A stretch of DNA of 64,000 nt. Origin: Salisapilia sapeloensis CBS 127946 (taxonomy: Eukaryota > Protista > Oomycota). This document shows positions 33,418 to 46,830 of this stretch, piece by piece (the first letter of the stretch is position 1; every line of letters starts with the position of its first letter). The translations under genes and the position numbers were made by a program. The stretch spans positions 1 through 64,000 of the forward strand of contig JAADVB010000018.1 in assembly GCA_023334545.1 (NCBI GenBank), written 5' to 3'. A model generated the notes under the pieces. That model was not told the DNA's origin, ran no database searches, and was given only the letters and a program-made list of their open reading frames with translations.

Positions 33418-36400
33418 ATGATTTTCTGGTGCTGGGTGCTCTTACTGAGTGTTCTAGATGCTCGGTTCATCTATCCGACTGATGAAGAACGTGCAAATGT
33501 GATGAAGGCTGTGGAGTTATATTCTAAAGCACAGACAGCGAGTGTGAACGGAGATAGGATAGGAGCGATAGAGCTGTATCACGAATCCATTGCAGCGTAT
33601 CCGAAGATTCCTGGTGCTTATAACAACTTGGGCATACTCATGTTTGATACTAGGAATGCTTCGTTGGCAGAAGTGTATAGAGTGCTGGAAAATGGAGTTA
33701 AGGTTGCCATTGCAACGAATGACTCGGAAGAGCATGCGTGGATTATGAACAATATAGGATACGTGACGCGTGAATGGCACCGGACTAGCTTTTCCGGTTG
33801 CCAAGAAGCTATCAAGTACTTTGATAAGGCATTGGAAATCCGACCAGAATACATGGAACCAATGTACAACAAGGCGTCTGCGTTGTATGCGATGCGAGAG
33901 TATCAACTAGCACTCGAGCTCTATGAACGCGTCCTGGACTGGAGACCAGACCATGTCGGAGCCCATCTTGACATGGGCATCATCGCGTATGATCAAGGTG
34001 AATACAAAAAAGCGATCTATCACGAAGACATGGCAGTAAGATCAGCTACTACGAACGAAGAGCTGTTGTCTGCACTGAACAACAAGGGTCATTTCTTAAA
34101 AGAGAATGGCCAAGCGCTTTTGGCACTTGAAGTACATGAGCAGGCAAGAGCACTTGATAGGATGAATACACTAGCCACTGTAAACGTGGTAACGAGTCGA
34201 CGGACGTTGTGCATGTGGGAGAACATGAGCGAATTGCAGACAGAGATGTTTGAGCTTGTAGAAAAGCAACTGGAGGAAAGCGTTGATGTAGACCTATATC
34301 CATTTGATTCGACTTTACTCCCAGTCTCTGATGCATTTCGAAAGCGGTTGGCGAGTACGCATGCTCGTGCTTTTCAACAGAAACCTAGGTTTCCAGTCAT
34401 ATCTGCTGGAAAAGACCAGGGTAGGCTACGCATTGGATACTTGAGCTTTGACTTTCGAGACCATCCTATGGGTCAGCTAACATTAGGTCTACTTAAGCAT
34501 CATGATAGGCAGTATACAGACATCTACTGCTATTCGTATGGCTTGAATGACCAGTCAACGTGGAGAGTGGGTGCAGAGACACATTGCGACTATTTTCTAG
34601 ACGTTATTAAGCTATCTGACATGGAAATCGCCTCGCAGATTGAAAAAGACAGGATAGAAGTACTAGTGGACTTGATGGCGTATACTAAAGGAGCTCGAGT
34701 CGATATTGTTGCGTTAAAACCGAGTCCGATCATTGTGAATTACTTGGGGTATCCAGGTACGATGGGCAGTCTGACAACAGACTTTGCACTCGTGGATCGA
34801 TACGTCGTTCCACCAGAACGAGCGGCGTCTAGTATGACGGAGAAAGTGGTGTATCTGCCACATGTATATCAAGTGAATGACTATGAACTGTCCCATCCAG
34901 CATTGCGCATCGAATCGTCTGGTATATGGAATCGGAAGAAGCTGGGACTTCCAGAAGATGCTATTGTCTTTTGTAACTTTAACGCGCTGGATAAAATGGA
35001 GCCAATGTCATTTACGCTCTGGATGAACATACTAAAACGAGTACCTAATAGTGTGCTATGGCTGCTTGAGCCTTCCGACTTGGAGACAGGAAAAGCGACA
35101 AAAAATCGACTGCAGATGGAAGCGCTAAAGAGAGGTGTTCTTCCCGATCGGATTGTCTTTGGCGGGAGAATGAAAAAAGAAGATCACTTGCGTAGAGTGT
35201 CTTTTGCTGATATCTTTCTCGATTCGCTCATTTATAATGCACATTCCACAGCATCAGATACCTTGTGGGCTGGTGTGCCGATTGTTACGGTGTGGGGGGA
35301 TACATTCCCATCTCGTGTTGCTGGAGCGATTCTGTCGAACGTTGTGAATGAGACGTTGGTGCCTCATACACTTGAGGCATATGAGGATATGGCCGTGCAA
35401 TTAGCGAGAAACAACAAGCTTCGGGTGCAGTGGAAGAAGGAGCTGATGGCCAACAGTCTACGGTATCCGCTCTTTGACACGAAGAGAACGACAGCGTATG
35501 CTGAGCGCGCTTACGAGGCGATGCAGGATGCTAAAAGCTGTGATGGTACTAAGTTCCACGTGGTCATAAGCCCAGGAGTTTCTAGATTATTATCTACGAC
35601 GGAGAACACGGAAAGGAGATTGAGAGAAGCCATGCAAGAGGCAAACAAAATGAAAAGAAATGAGCAAATGGATCGGGCGAATACAATCTATCGACGTGTC
35701 TTGGCTACAGATATGGACACCGCATCTATCGAGGTACGCTATAAAGCTTTTATTTGATAAGAATCATTCGTTCTTAATGAAAGCCTTGTAGACTCTACGC
35801 ATAGATGCTTTCACTCATTTACTAGACTCCTTGTTCGATCGAGGTGAGCACAATGAGATTGCAGATCTATGCTCAATGTACAAAACAGACTCAATCAACT
35901 CCAAACTCCATCTTGCATTGGAGTCAAAGGAGCATTTGTTCCTCCGATGTAGCTATGCTTTTGCACAGATCAATCAAAGGGAGAGAGCTATTGATCTACT
36001 CCAAAAAGCGACTCATTTGTTTCCAATCTTCTTTCGTGCTGGATATAGCTTAGCCGCTTTGTACCATTCGCAAGGGCATTATAACCGAGGCGAGCAACAG
36101 CTTCAACAGGTTGTCAAAAGTGAACATCAGCATGTCTTTAACCGAACAAGGATGAAAATTCACGAGCGTCCACAAGGTGTTAAAGTGGTAGTGATTTATT
36201 GCAACGAGTATGGTCAATCCTGGTGGGGTGGTTGGAGACCATCCGATCTTGCAAAAGGTCTTGGGGGATCGGAAGAAGCGGTTGTATTTATCAGCAGAGA
36301 GTTGGCAAAGCTGGGCTACTGGGTCGAAGTGTATGGTAATCCAACTAAAGATAACAAAGCGAGTGTAGAGGACGAAGGTGTTATGTGGTACTCGTGGGAG

Positions 36401-37288
36401 ATGTATGACGCCAGCACCAATGTCGATATCTTTATTGCTTGGCGATACCACCACTCTATTGCACTCGGCGCGAATGCGAAGACTAAATACTTTTGGATCC
36501 ATGATGAACCGGCTGAAGAAGTTAAGCAGTCAAAGCTTCTTGCATCGAGTCAAGTGGATGGGATTCTTTGTGTAAGCAGCTTTCAAGCTTCTCAACTCCC
36601 GTCTACACTGCAACACAAGACAGTTGTCACACGCAATGGGCTAGATCCAGCCTACTTTGTCGACGGCAAGAATCGAGCGACACATTTTGTTTATGGAAGT
36701 GCTCCAGGTCGAGGGCTAGAGAGGTTATTACGAATGTGGCCTCGTATATTCAACGATCTTCCAAATGCTACCTTGTCGGTGTTCTATGGCTTCACGCCAG
36801 CCTTTCGAGCCCACGGTAGCAATACGATTCCGAATTATAAACGATGGGAGATGGAAATGACCGATATGCTTTTGACCTTGCCTGGAGTAAGCTACCGAGG
36901 TCTTGTAGATCATGAAACGCTTGCTATTGAGTATGCTGATGCAGGGTTTTACCTGTACCCGACAACGTTTAGTGAAACAAGCTGTGTGTCTCTCATGAAG
37001 GCAATGGCGAATGGTGCGATACCAATTACATCAAAGTTCGGGCAATCAGCTCTTGTTGAGACAGCAAATGGGTTTGATATAGGACCAACAGAAGCTGTGA
37101 ATTCGTCATTGGAAGCAGAGACTAGTGAGTGGATGAACAGGTACATTGATAGTGTCGTGTCTTCCGCGAAAAAAAGCTCACAGCTGCATGAATTTCGGCA
37201 AAGAATGAAACGAGAAGCTAGGGAGAACTTTTTATGGTCAGCCATTGCCAATGAATGGAAACTTTTATTCTCGTTTAGGGGTGTATGA
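33418..37288 (+). CDS. Signal peptide + TPR + GT41 (OGT/SPINDLY-like) + TPR + GT4-like GT-B domain; predicted as one 2-exon gene
   Basis: MIFWCWVLLLSVLDA leader; RLRIGYLSFDFRDHP, DLMAYTKGAR, YLGYPGT, FCNFNALDK, DTLWAGVP; intron 35734-35791 (GTACGC..TTGTAG) joins in frame to GLGGSEEA, FVYGSAPGRGL, YPTTFSETSCVSLMKAMANG. Confidence 0.8.
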
Positions 37289-37324
37289 AGCAGGAATACA
37301 ACCTTTCTTTCTACCTTGAGTGTT

Positions 37325-40300
37325 CTACACGGCTTCGACATAGTATCTTGGGTAGATTTCATCTGACCCTGAAAATAGTGCATCATTCGGAATGATTTCC
37401 TTTGGTTGTCGATCACTTTGCCATCGCAAGTAGAGGTGACCATATTCACTGCGAGTTGTTGGGCGATGATATTCTAGTGAAACAAAGTACAGCCGCTCGG
37501 TGTACAGTGTCAAGGTAGCTTCTGCGGATGTCGTACTTGGTACTTGTGGAGAATGCACAGTATCTATGACAGGTGTGCCGTCTATTGATAAGATGGCACC
37601 ACGATCGGCTTCAATAGACAAGGTGTAGTTTTCAGAGAATCGTGGTTCCATGTATCCTTCCCAATGAATTCGGGGGTAGACTCTCATCGTTAGCAGTGTC
37701 TTCCAGTCAAACGAGATTATATCATCAATTTTGTGCAGAGCAAAAGGAGCTTTGGGATCGTTTGATGCATAATAGTAACCAGTTAATCCACGGTCTTTGT
37801 GCTGACGAGCTAGGTCCACCTGTATCTCGTATGATCCGGTCTTGCTTACTTTGTACGTTACCACATACTGTCCATTATCAAGGTCAGTAATGTTACCGTA
37901 GACTACTTCTGGACCTCGAACGGTGACAATAAGGTCGTCACCACCACTTTCCAGAGGATTATTGTACGCATCCCGGAGCTGGATCTGAAAGTATTGGTCC
38001 TTGTCTATATCAACGTTGGATATAAGACCAGAGCTAGACGGAATAGCTTTGGAAGTCGTGTGTATCGCTATATTTGGCTTTACGACAATGGAAGAGGCTT
38101 TTTGCATTGGAGTGTTGTCATCAAAAGCGAGGTATAAGCCATAGACTCCAGTTAGTTGTGGCGTGTACGTCATACGATAGACACCGTTAGAAGAGGAGAT
38201 GTAAGAGAGGTCAACTTTTCTAGCGGTAGAATTCCACGCAACGTTATCGTCCACTGCAGTTATGATTTGAATCCACGCTTTCATCCAAAGGTCAATCAAA
38301 TCGATTTCCCCAACTGCATTAAAGTGAAGATCTCGTGGTACGATGTCAACATAGGCCATTTCACCTGCGGTAGCTAGTGATAGCCCACCTCCGAATACAT
38401 CTGATGTCTCTGCTGTTGGTGCATTCGGCATAATATGCAACGCAAATGGAGATTGATAGATGGTATATGGGTGCAGAAAGGTTAGAAGTGAGTCTGTTTG
38501 GACCTCATTCCCGGGAGAAATGTTGAGTGGAACTGCTGCTACCGTCATTGCATAGTTGCCCATCTTGATAGGCATAAAAGATACTTTATATGTACCATTT
38601 CCTTTGTCATCAATGGCTAGCGTTGGTTCGGATGATGATGAATCCGTCATACCTGGCACGATGACAAATATGCGTTCATCGCTTTCAAGACGCAAGTTAC
38701 TAAACTCGTCTCTAGCGTACACATCAAAGTGGAACCATTCCCCAGCAGTTCCTTGTACTTGAAAGCGACCCAATTGTTCATCCCTTTCAGGGTTTGTTTC
38801 TTTATTAAACTCGGTTGTAAAGGATGGTGGATGTGAAGGTGCAGGTAGAATTTCAAGTGGAGGAATATTGTTCACAATAGGCCATTCTGTAGCAAGGTGG
38901 GTTCCGCTGATGACTTCCCGTGCTTGCCAGTACCCTTCCCAATAAAGACGTACACTATCGAATGGGAGGGCGAGGGGCTTTGAATAGTTAATTTGGATAG
39001 GTACTAGCTCATGTGCTAACAAATAAATCTTTGAGTGAATTTCACTAGAGAGTGAATGCATCATTTTACGATACACGATGTTGTCTCGCACCCTTATACT
39101 CGCATCACCTTGGCACTCTACTGCAAACCAGTAATTCTGAGAGTACAATGGAGATACATATCCATTCCATTGGATGCTGTACACTTCCATTGCATTTGTA
39201 CCGATCGGAGGTAAGACATTGAAATCGAAATCGATGACAGAGTCCACGCGTTGTAGACTTGGATTTCCTCGTAAGTTTGGGTTAGAAAAGTAAGAAGCAT
39301 TGAGTCCGCCAAAGACCATAAGTTGTGGAGTAAAGGGAATGACCTCACTCAAGGTCGGACGGAGATTCAATAAGTAAGTACCATCTCTTTGATCAATAAT
39401 AGGGTCTTCCAGTACTTTAATAGCATCACCGAGGCGAAAAACATTGCCTCCACTCTCTAGCTCATTTCTATAAGCATCCCGAGTTGTTAATTTCATTTCT
39501 ATCGGAACACCAGCGATGAAGATCACGCTGTCAAGACTAGATGCACTTGGTGATAGCAAGTCCAGTGTGCTAGTGTATGATGTAGCAATGGATGGGTACG
39601 TGTACATTGAAAATGGAGAATCATGAATGGGTTCCCCATTCACATCGATATGTATCTCATAGACCCCTTTCAGCTCCATTGTATACACGACTGTATACGC
39701 ATTTCCACCTTCGTGCTTGGTAGAGGAAGACACGGTCTTCGCTGGGTTTATTTCTGGAAGTGGACCAAGGAATACAACATTGATATTCTCTTGTACCGAG
39801 TTCATCTTGTCGTTATTGAATGCATCTTTGATGAGAAGTGTAAAGCTAGTTTCTTGTCCAGCAACAGAGGCTTTTAATGCGTTCCCCTCTGCTACTGAAT
39901 TAGCCCCTACGGCTGGACCAGCAGTCACAAGAACCTGAAATGGACTACCAGATATTGGCAGTGGATGGTCATCGCTCCCATATGCCAGCTCAACATTCAG
40001 AAGGTTAACTCCAGTATGCTTTGCCATGTAGGAGCAAGAGTATTGTCCATTCGCTAAGTCTTGACAGCTTCCTTCTACCTCCTTTAAATTGGATTCGTGG
40101 ACTAACGTGACAAGTATGGAAGCACCTCCACTTTGCACATCATTTACGTGAAGATCTCTTGTTGTAACAAGGAAGAAGGACTGGGTGTCTGTGCGTGCTT
40201 TATAAAGACCATCACCTTTCGCTGTAGATGTCTTTGCAATTGGTCTATTATGGATAACGGTGATAGGATACGGACTTGCATCGACATGCATATCTTGCAT

Positions 40301-43164
40301 AAATATCTGCAAACTGTAGGATCCAACCTTGCGCGGCATGTAATGTAACGAGTAGGTGCCATCTCCAAAGTCCTCGACATTACCTAGGACAACCTCACCA
40401 ACAAGATCGTTGTGGATGATATATAGTGTAAATAGCGACGAAGAACCACCAGTGTATATCCGGTTTCTATGGTAGTCTCTTGATACCAGTAAGACGCTAC
40501 TTTCTTCTCCGGCAATGCGATCCGGTAGCAGACCTGCTCCAGACACCAGGCTGTTGCTCGGATTGATAGAAGCTGGAGAAACAGTCACTCTAAATGGACT
40601 TCCAAATACCTCCGATCCTCTTTCAACGTACATTTTTAAATCGTAGATTCCTGCTCTCGTCGGCAGTAGGTGAATATCCACACTCCCAACTGCGTTGTTC
40701 CAGCTTATATGTCCACTAACAGACAGGCTTCCACTACCTCCGTCACTGTGATCATCGACAATATGCATGTCGACGTACATTACTCGTGTCCGATCGGTGC
40801 GAATGTGATTCCCAAATGCATCTCTAGGAATTAATTTTACTACAAGATCTTCTCCAGCATTTACGTCTCGTATGTTTTCAACAACACTTTCACGAGCGTC
40901 TACAATCGGTATTGGGCTGATGGGAACAGAAGTCATGGGTGAATTGGCAATTGAGAGGCCATTGTATAAAGCAGTGGATGGGACGATTTCTTTTGGCCAG
41001 GTTGCGCCACTCCAATATAGATGCACATTCGCGTCATGACGGTACTCCCGGTACTCTAGCCGGACTGCGTATAGCCGTAAAGTTTCCATATATACCGCTG
41101 CGTGCTCATGCCCCGAAAAGGATTGTCCCCATCCGTCAATCAGAAGAATATCGTTCAACCAGAAGCGAATTTTGTCGTCAGCTTCGATGTAAAATGTAAC
41201 CATCTCTGTTTGCTTTGGTTCAATCCAACCACTCCAGCGCACAGCGACATTATCCATGAAGGCCGGAACGACGGAACCAGTTCCCCATGTGAAATTAACT
41301 TGATGATCAATCCGAGAGGTAACAAGCGTAGATTCTTGGAGCCACAAATCTCCATAATATTCTCCTCTTAGACCGCCTGGGAATACAGTGAAAACAGCAA
41401 GGGTATAGTTTCCAGCTTTCTGTCGAGACCAGGAACAATAATAAGTCCCGTCATTATTGTCTAGAACAGCACCAGACTCTTTGCCTCGAAACATAAATGT
41501 TTGACTTGCATAACTATCATCTGAAATCCAAGTTTCCACAAGAAGTCTTTCACCACCTTTTACCTGCATTCTTCCGTCACTAGCTACTGCCTGAACTGTA
41601 AATGTTAGTATATCCCCTGCTTGTCCACCTTTTAAAACCTCTTGACTGGTAATAAATGTTTTAGACGCATCGATTCGGTCACGATCGTTTTCGCGTACGA
41701 TTACGAGAGCTGTCTTTTGGTTTCCTAACGTCGCTCTGGTCGGTGGCTCTGGTGGATGCAGATGCAGTCGAAACTCTTCATCTTCTTCAGCAATGTGGTC
41801 GTCATGGATGGTAACAAAGAATGTCATTTCGATAACGCCACCTTCAAACACCAACGTCTTGGAGCTTGTGTAGTGCGCTGTAGCCGATACATCGTCATCC
41901 GACGTAGTCACATGCTCCAAAGAGTAGGATATCGTAACTTTACCCATACCACCACCGCTGCGTCTGACTGTTATCGGGATATGCTCAGCCGATTCATCTA
42001 TCTCGTACAATGGCGACCGAAAGGTAAAAACGCCCTCATGACCACACACGCGATGACTGATGATAGCTGGAGAGCAGTCCCATGACTCGTCACGACGCAG
42101 ACCTTGTTGACAAGTTTCTGCAGACTGGTGTAGTTCCGCTAGAGTTTCGCCATTGGAAGCAGGGAGGAGGTAGAATGTCTCGACTTCGTCAAAGATACGA
42201 GGATCTTGTCCGCCGTATGGAAACTTGAACGAAAACTCACGTATAAGTTCATCTTGTGGCAATGGCATGTCGACACCACGCGCGCCACTGCGGTAAACCG
42301 AGTTGAGCAACGGATCAGCACATTCGAGACATTGCTTGTGATCACAATGGAGGCATCGCGGGTCATATACCTTACAGGATACTACTTGTACATCGGTTAC
42401 CAAGTCGGATTGTGCTATAGATCTATATAAATGTACCACAAGATTGATCGACTGGCTCGACGTAATAGCCTTCGAAGCATTCGACACATTTCGTGGCAGT
42501 GCAGGCCTGACACAGCGGATCGAATTGACACAGTCGCTCGGAGCAGTCCTCTCCTTTCCTCGTCTTATAGCAGGAGCACTTGCCAGTCATATAATCACAA
42601 GTCCCGCCTTGTGAGCAGTCATTCGGGCATTGACCTACACAAGCCACGTTAGTACATTCCTACGTAGTTTGCTTCCATTCGCGAAGTACGTTTTGGGTAA
42701 CATAGTCCGCCAATCTTGAGGTACGAAGGTCTGCATTCGGTGCAGTCGATACCAGTGTAGCCTTCATTGCAGACACATAGTCCCAATCGTCGATCACAAT
42801 AGCCATACTCCCGTCCATGGCAATAGTACTCTTCATCTCTTATAGGGCCCACCATGCCTGGACAGTTCTCTACATACAGTCTTAGCGAAGATTACTTTCC
42901 TAGTCGACATAATCATTGCATACGCTTTGGCTGGGCCTGGAAAAAGATACGAGGAGTGTCTGGTGAAAACGGAGATCCTTCGTTCACACGCTCTTCCAAC
43001 GGTACCACTGGATCGCCAAAGTATCCTGCATTTCCACGTACATACGGTTCAAAGGATGCTTTGTCAGCATCCTGTAGCTGTGTTACGTCCGACAGGATCC
43101 GATACGCATTCGAGACACAGATAGAGATACTCCATATGATCCAATGTATCTTGTACATATCCAA
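37325..43164 (-). CDS. Very large secreted adhesin-like protein: EGF/Cys-rich repeats, Calx-beta, multiple filamin/Ig-like repeats, three PA14 domains; 4 exons
   Basis: Signal-like MYKIHWIIWSISICVSNA; CVCNEGYTGIDC and CPNDCSQGGTCD; Calx-beta LVFEGGVIEM..DDHIAEEDEEF; filamin DNNDGTYYC/DFGDGTYSL; PA14 GLRGEYY..VRWSGWIEP, GLNASYF, GLTGYYY; no C-terminal TM seen. Confidence 0.85.
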
Positions 43165-43291
43165 GAGACGCTTCCAAGTGTCGACGTATGGAAGAAACGA
43201 TAAAAAGACCCAACTACTCGGACAAGTCCCAATCTACTCTGTATTTCATCCAACCAAACTAGACGTCTTCTCCTGTCGATCCAACGTTGGT

Positions 43292-46200
43292 TTAACTAGA
43301 TGACTCCATCGTAGACGTACACTCGGAACAGAACCAGTCACCTTCCGGCACTTCCTTCAACCCGACGCATTCCTACACAAGTGCTCAGTTCATAGATATA
43401 ACAAGACAAGTAGAGGAACATACGAGGTGGAAGACACGTTCACATCCTTTCTGACCGTCTTCAGATCCACAAATGACATGCGAGTCGAGACGAATGCGAT
43501 TCTGTTTGCAGATACCACACTCTTGCTTGATACATTCATTGCAGAACCATTCATCTGATGGTACCTCCTACCCATCGTTATTAAATATCATCAAGATAGA
43601 CGCATCTACATCTGAAAACGTACCTGTACATCAATGCAAGAGGTATGGAAAGCTCGAGGGCATCCATCACAGCACAGCAAGTCTCCACCGACACGACAGA
43701 CGCAGCAGCTCGTGTCCCATAGATCCTGTCCATTTGTCTTCTCACTCTTCTTCGGCGTCTCTTCCTCCGACGCATCACTAATCGTCTCATCCGATGCATC
43801 CGACGCCTCCGACTCACTCTTACTCGCCTTCCGCAATCGGCGTCTCGTATTCGGCTGCACAGGCGGCACCGGCTCATTCGAATTGTCACACTTGTGGCAA
43901 TAGATCTTCCCTCTCGGTACACGTCTAAGGCCGATGCAAGGGTAGTGGAAGACACGTGGACATCCGTCGCAGCATAGCACCTCTCCGCCTTCTTTGCAGA
44001 CATAACAGTCCTCTTCCCAATCCTCCGCCTTGTCCCTCTTGTCCGAAGATTCTTTCTTCACTTGCGTCGCCCGTCTCGTCGCTCTCTTCTCTCGTTCCTT
44101 GCTCTCCTTCTTCGGCTCTTCCACCTCGACCACTTCCTTCGGTGTCTCTGTGATGCCACAGATCTCTAGACGCTGATGGAGCGACGCAAGCGCGACGGCG
44201 AGGCTACTGACTCGATCTGCGTCTCGGACAGCACGTAGCCATCGACGTCGACAGCTCCAAGTCGGCCACAAGACCAAGTCTCCCTTACTCTTCTCTTCCT
44301 CTTCCTCCTCGTCATCACTGTCAAGACACTTTTCACTTTCCAAAGCAGCACTCATCTTCTCCTGTTGCCTCGTGCCGTTCGATATACGTACGTCAACCAC
44401 AGCTTTCTCCAGGTCTAAGACCGGTTGGATCAAGTCGGACACTTGTTGTGCAGATTGGACTCGGGATACCCAGTCCTTGTGTGTCTCTTGCCAATTCGAT
44501 CCGAGCTCCTCGAGTTTCCGACCAAGCCAATCTTCCATCTCAACAAGATCTTGACTAAAAGCATGAACATCTAACGTATCATGAGGTGCCTTCCTCCACA
44601 CTTTTTCCTTATTCCGCCAGTCCGTAAAGACTTGATCTTTCTGACGCGATCGAGACGTGTCGTCTGAAGTCATGGCATCCAAGAGGTCATCTACATACTC
44701 TTCCAACGCTGTTTTCAAAGCACTTTCTTTCGAATGTTGTGGATCGAGAGATGAAAGGAGCTCTTCGACTTGTTCTTTTTCGTGATATTGGAGCCACCGA
44801 GATGGACGATAGGATTGTCCATGGTCATATAAGCGCTGGAGTTGATGCGCAGACCCTGGGATCTCGACATGGAGACGACTTGCGTCGCCTCGGAAGAGCC
44901 AGTACTTGCGCCCTTGGCGATCTTTTCCGAGAGGTTCGGAACGGACAAAGTACGTTTCCTGTGCTTGCTTTAGTTCAAGACGTTTATCTGCTTCTTCTTG
45001 CTGTCGACGAGCATCAGCTTCCATGACCTCCGCGACATGTCGAGCGGATAGAACGAGCTTTTCATTCACACCGTACTCTGCTGCTGTATCCACACATTTA
45101 CGCAAATGGGAAGCATCTTTACACGTGATCGCAGCTTCGAGAGCTTCCTTTGCCTGTGCTTTCTTCTTCTCTAGTTGCTCTTGACGTACTTGTTCACGTT
45201 CTTTCTTATCTAATTGTGCTCGCAGACGATGACGTCGTTGATCAAGCTTCTTCTTACGCGAAAGATACTCGTGTCGACTGATTTCATCCTTCTCCTGCTC
45301 GCGCTCGAGTTCCGTATCCTGTCGATCGAGCTCTGCTAACGTCTCCGAAGTGTCTTCGTCCTCCTTTTTACTATCCGATTGTAACCAGCCTTTGACAGAG
45401 CTCTGTTGGTCTTCTAAAGCAGCTCGCTCCTCCATCTGCTGCGTACGCAACGCTTTCTCCTCTTCCTTGGTGTTCGTCCGCTCTTGGACGATCCAACGAT
45501 TAAAGTCTTTCGTCGCTTGAATCGCTTCTGTCGAATGGACGTTCACGAGACGACGCATACGTGCGGTGGCAAAGAGTTTCGAGATGAGGAAGGAGAGAAA
45601 GGAGAGCTTATGTGGAAGCGCGAGACGAGGATACTCTTGTGTCTCCAGCGCCTTTGCAGCAGACGTGAGCGCTGGACCAGCGTCACGTAGATGACGAGGG
45701 ACAGACGCGATGAGGCTGGAGAGGACGGAAGGCCATGACAAGGTGTTGAGCATGTTGGAAGTAGGCACGCCGACGGTGAGAGGCGCTTGTCGGATCTCGT
45801 ATCTGTATCTTTCCATCTCATCTAATCCACCTTCATCATCGGAAGCATAGTCCTCTTCTTCCCTATCGGCGAGAATGAGGTCGAGGAGACACATGTGGAC
45901 TTCTGTGACGAGAGGAGAGTACTCTTGGTGCATCAACGCCTGTGCGAATTGATCTAACGAGACGGGAGATAGTTCTAACAAGTCACGAAATGAAAAGATG
46001 CAGTCCCAGGCTGCGAGGAGTTCGCCAATATGTTCCTTCGGGACCTTCGCAATGTCCGTTTCGATCGCATTAGGTTTCGTCGCAGCATCCGGATTGTCTT
46101 CATCCACACCTTGTTGCTTTCGTTTCTTACTTAGTGCTTCCTCCTTTTTCTTAAGCGAAGCATCTTCCTTCTCTAGCTTTTCCAACTTTTCCTTAGCGCT

Positions 46201-46830
46201 CTTGACCGTCTGTGCCAAGTCTTCGGCGATTTTGCCCAATTTTTCTTCCTCCTGATCTTTATACTTGACCTTGCGCTTGCTTAGTATCCGGTCTTGCATG
46301 TCCAAAACACGCTTCGCCTTTTGTTCAATCGCTTCGACGGATTTCTGAGCTAAACGTTCCTCCTTTTGCTGCTGAATCTTCTGCCGCTTCGCCTTGCGTT
46401 CAAGCTGCTCCGTCTCGCGCAAGATCCGAGCTCGTTCCTTTCGATCTCGTTTCGCAGCTCGACGGTCAAGACACTCGGCACACATTCGGCAATACCATTC
46501 GGCGTTCGGTAGATCGTCTTCGGTCAAGTGCAGACAAGCCATGTGGAAGGACCGTGGACATCGGTCACAGCATAAGAGTTCACCTCCGTCTTTACAAATA
46601 TTACAATAAAGTCGATTGTTATCTCCATACCCACCACGTTTAAATCGAGTAACTTTCGTCTTTCGATTCGTCGCCTGGTGGTCCGACTCGACGGACATGT
46701 CTTCAGCTGAATTGTCAGCGCTTTCATCGTTGCATAATTCAACGATACTGAGCATACGTGAAGGTGTGTCGGCGCTATTCGAGTCACCGTTCGAGCTCTT
46801 GGGCGGCGTCGAACTGCCCTCGTCGTTCAT
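43292..46830 (-). CDS. DDT/WHIM-domain chromatin factor (BAZ/ACF1-like ISWI partner) with four PHD fingers, 3 exons
   Basis: PHD1 YCNICKDGGELLCCDRCPRSFH; DDT LLAAWDCIFSFRDLL; WHIM LPHKLSFL; WSD EPLGKDRQGRKYW; PHD2 and PHD3; a hand-spliced PHD4 ([29 protein letters not shown]) ends at TAA 43292-43294. Confidence 0.85.

Noticed and set aside
35831-37288. GT4-like ORF as an independent gene
   Set aside because: It starts at TTG with no promoter space, and a canonical 58-nt intron joins it in frame to the upstream GT41 ORF; cDNA confirmation is still needed.
43390-43575. ORF as N-terminus of the PA14/filamin protein
   Set aside because: Another frame of this segment encodes PHD-finger exons of the upstream chromatin gene, and the adhesin has its own signal-peptide exon at 43164.
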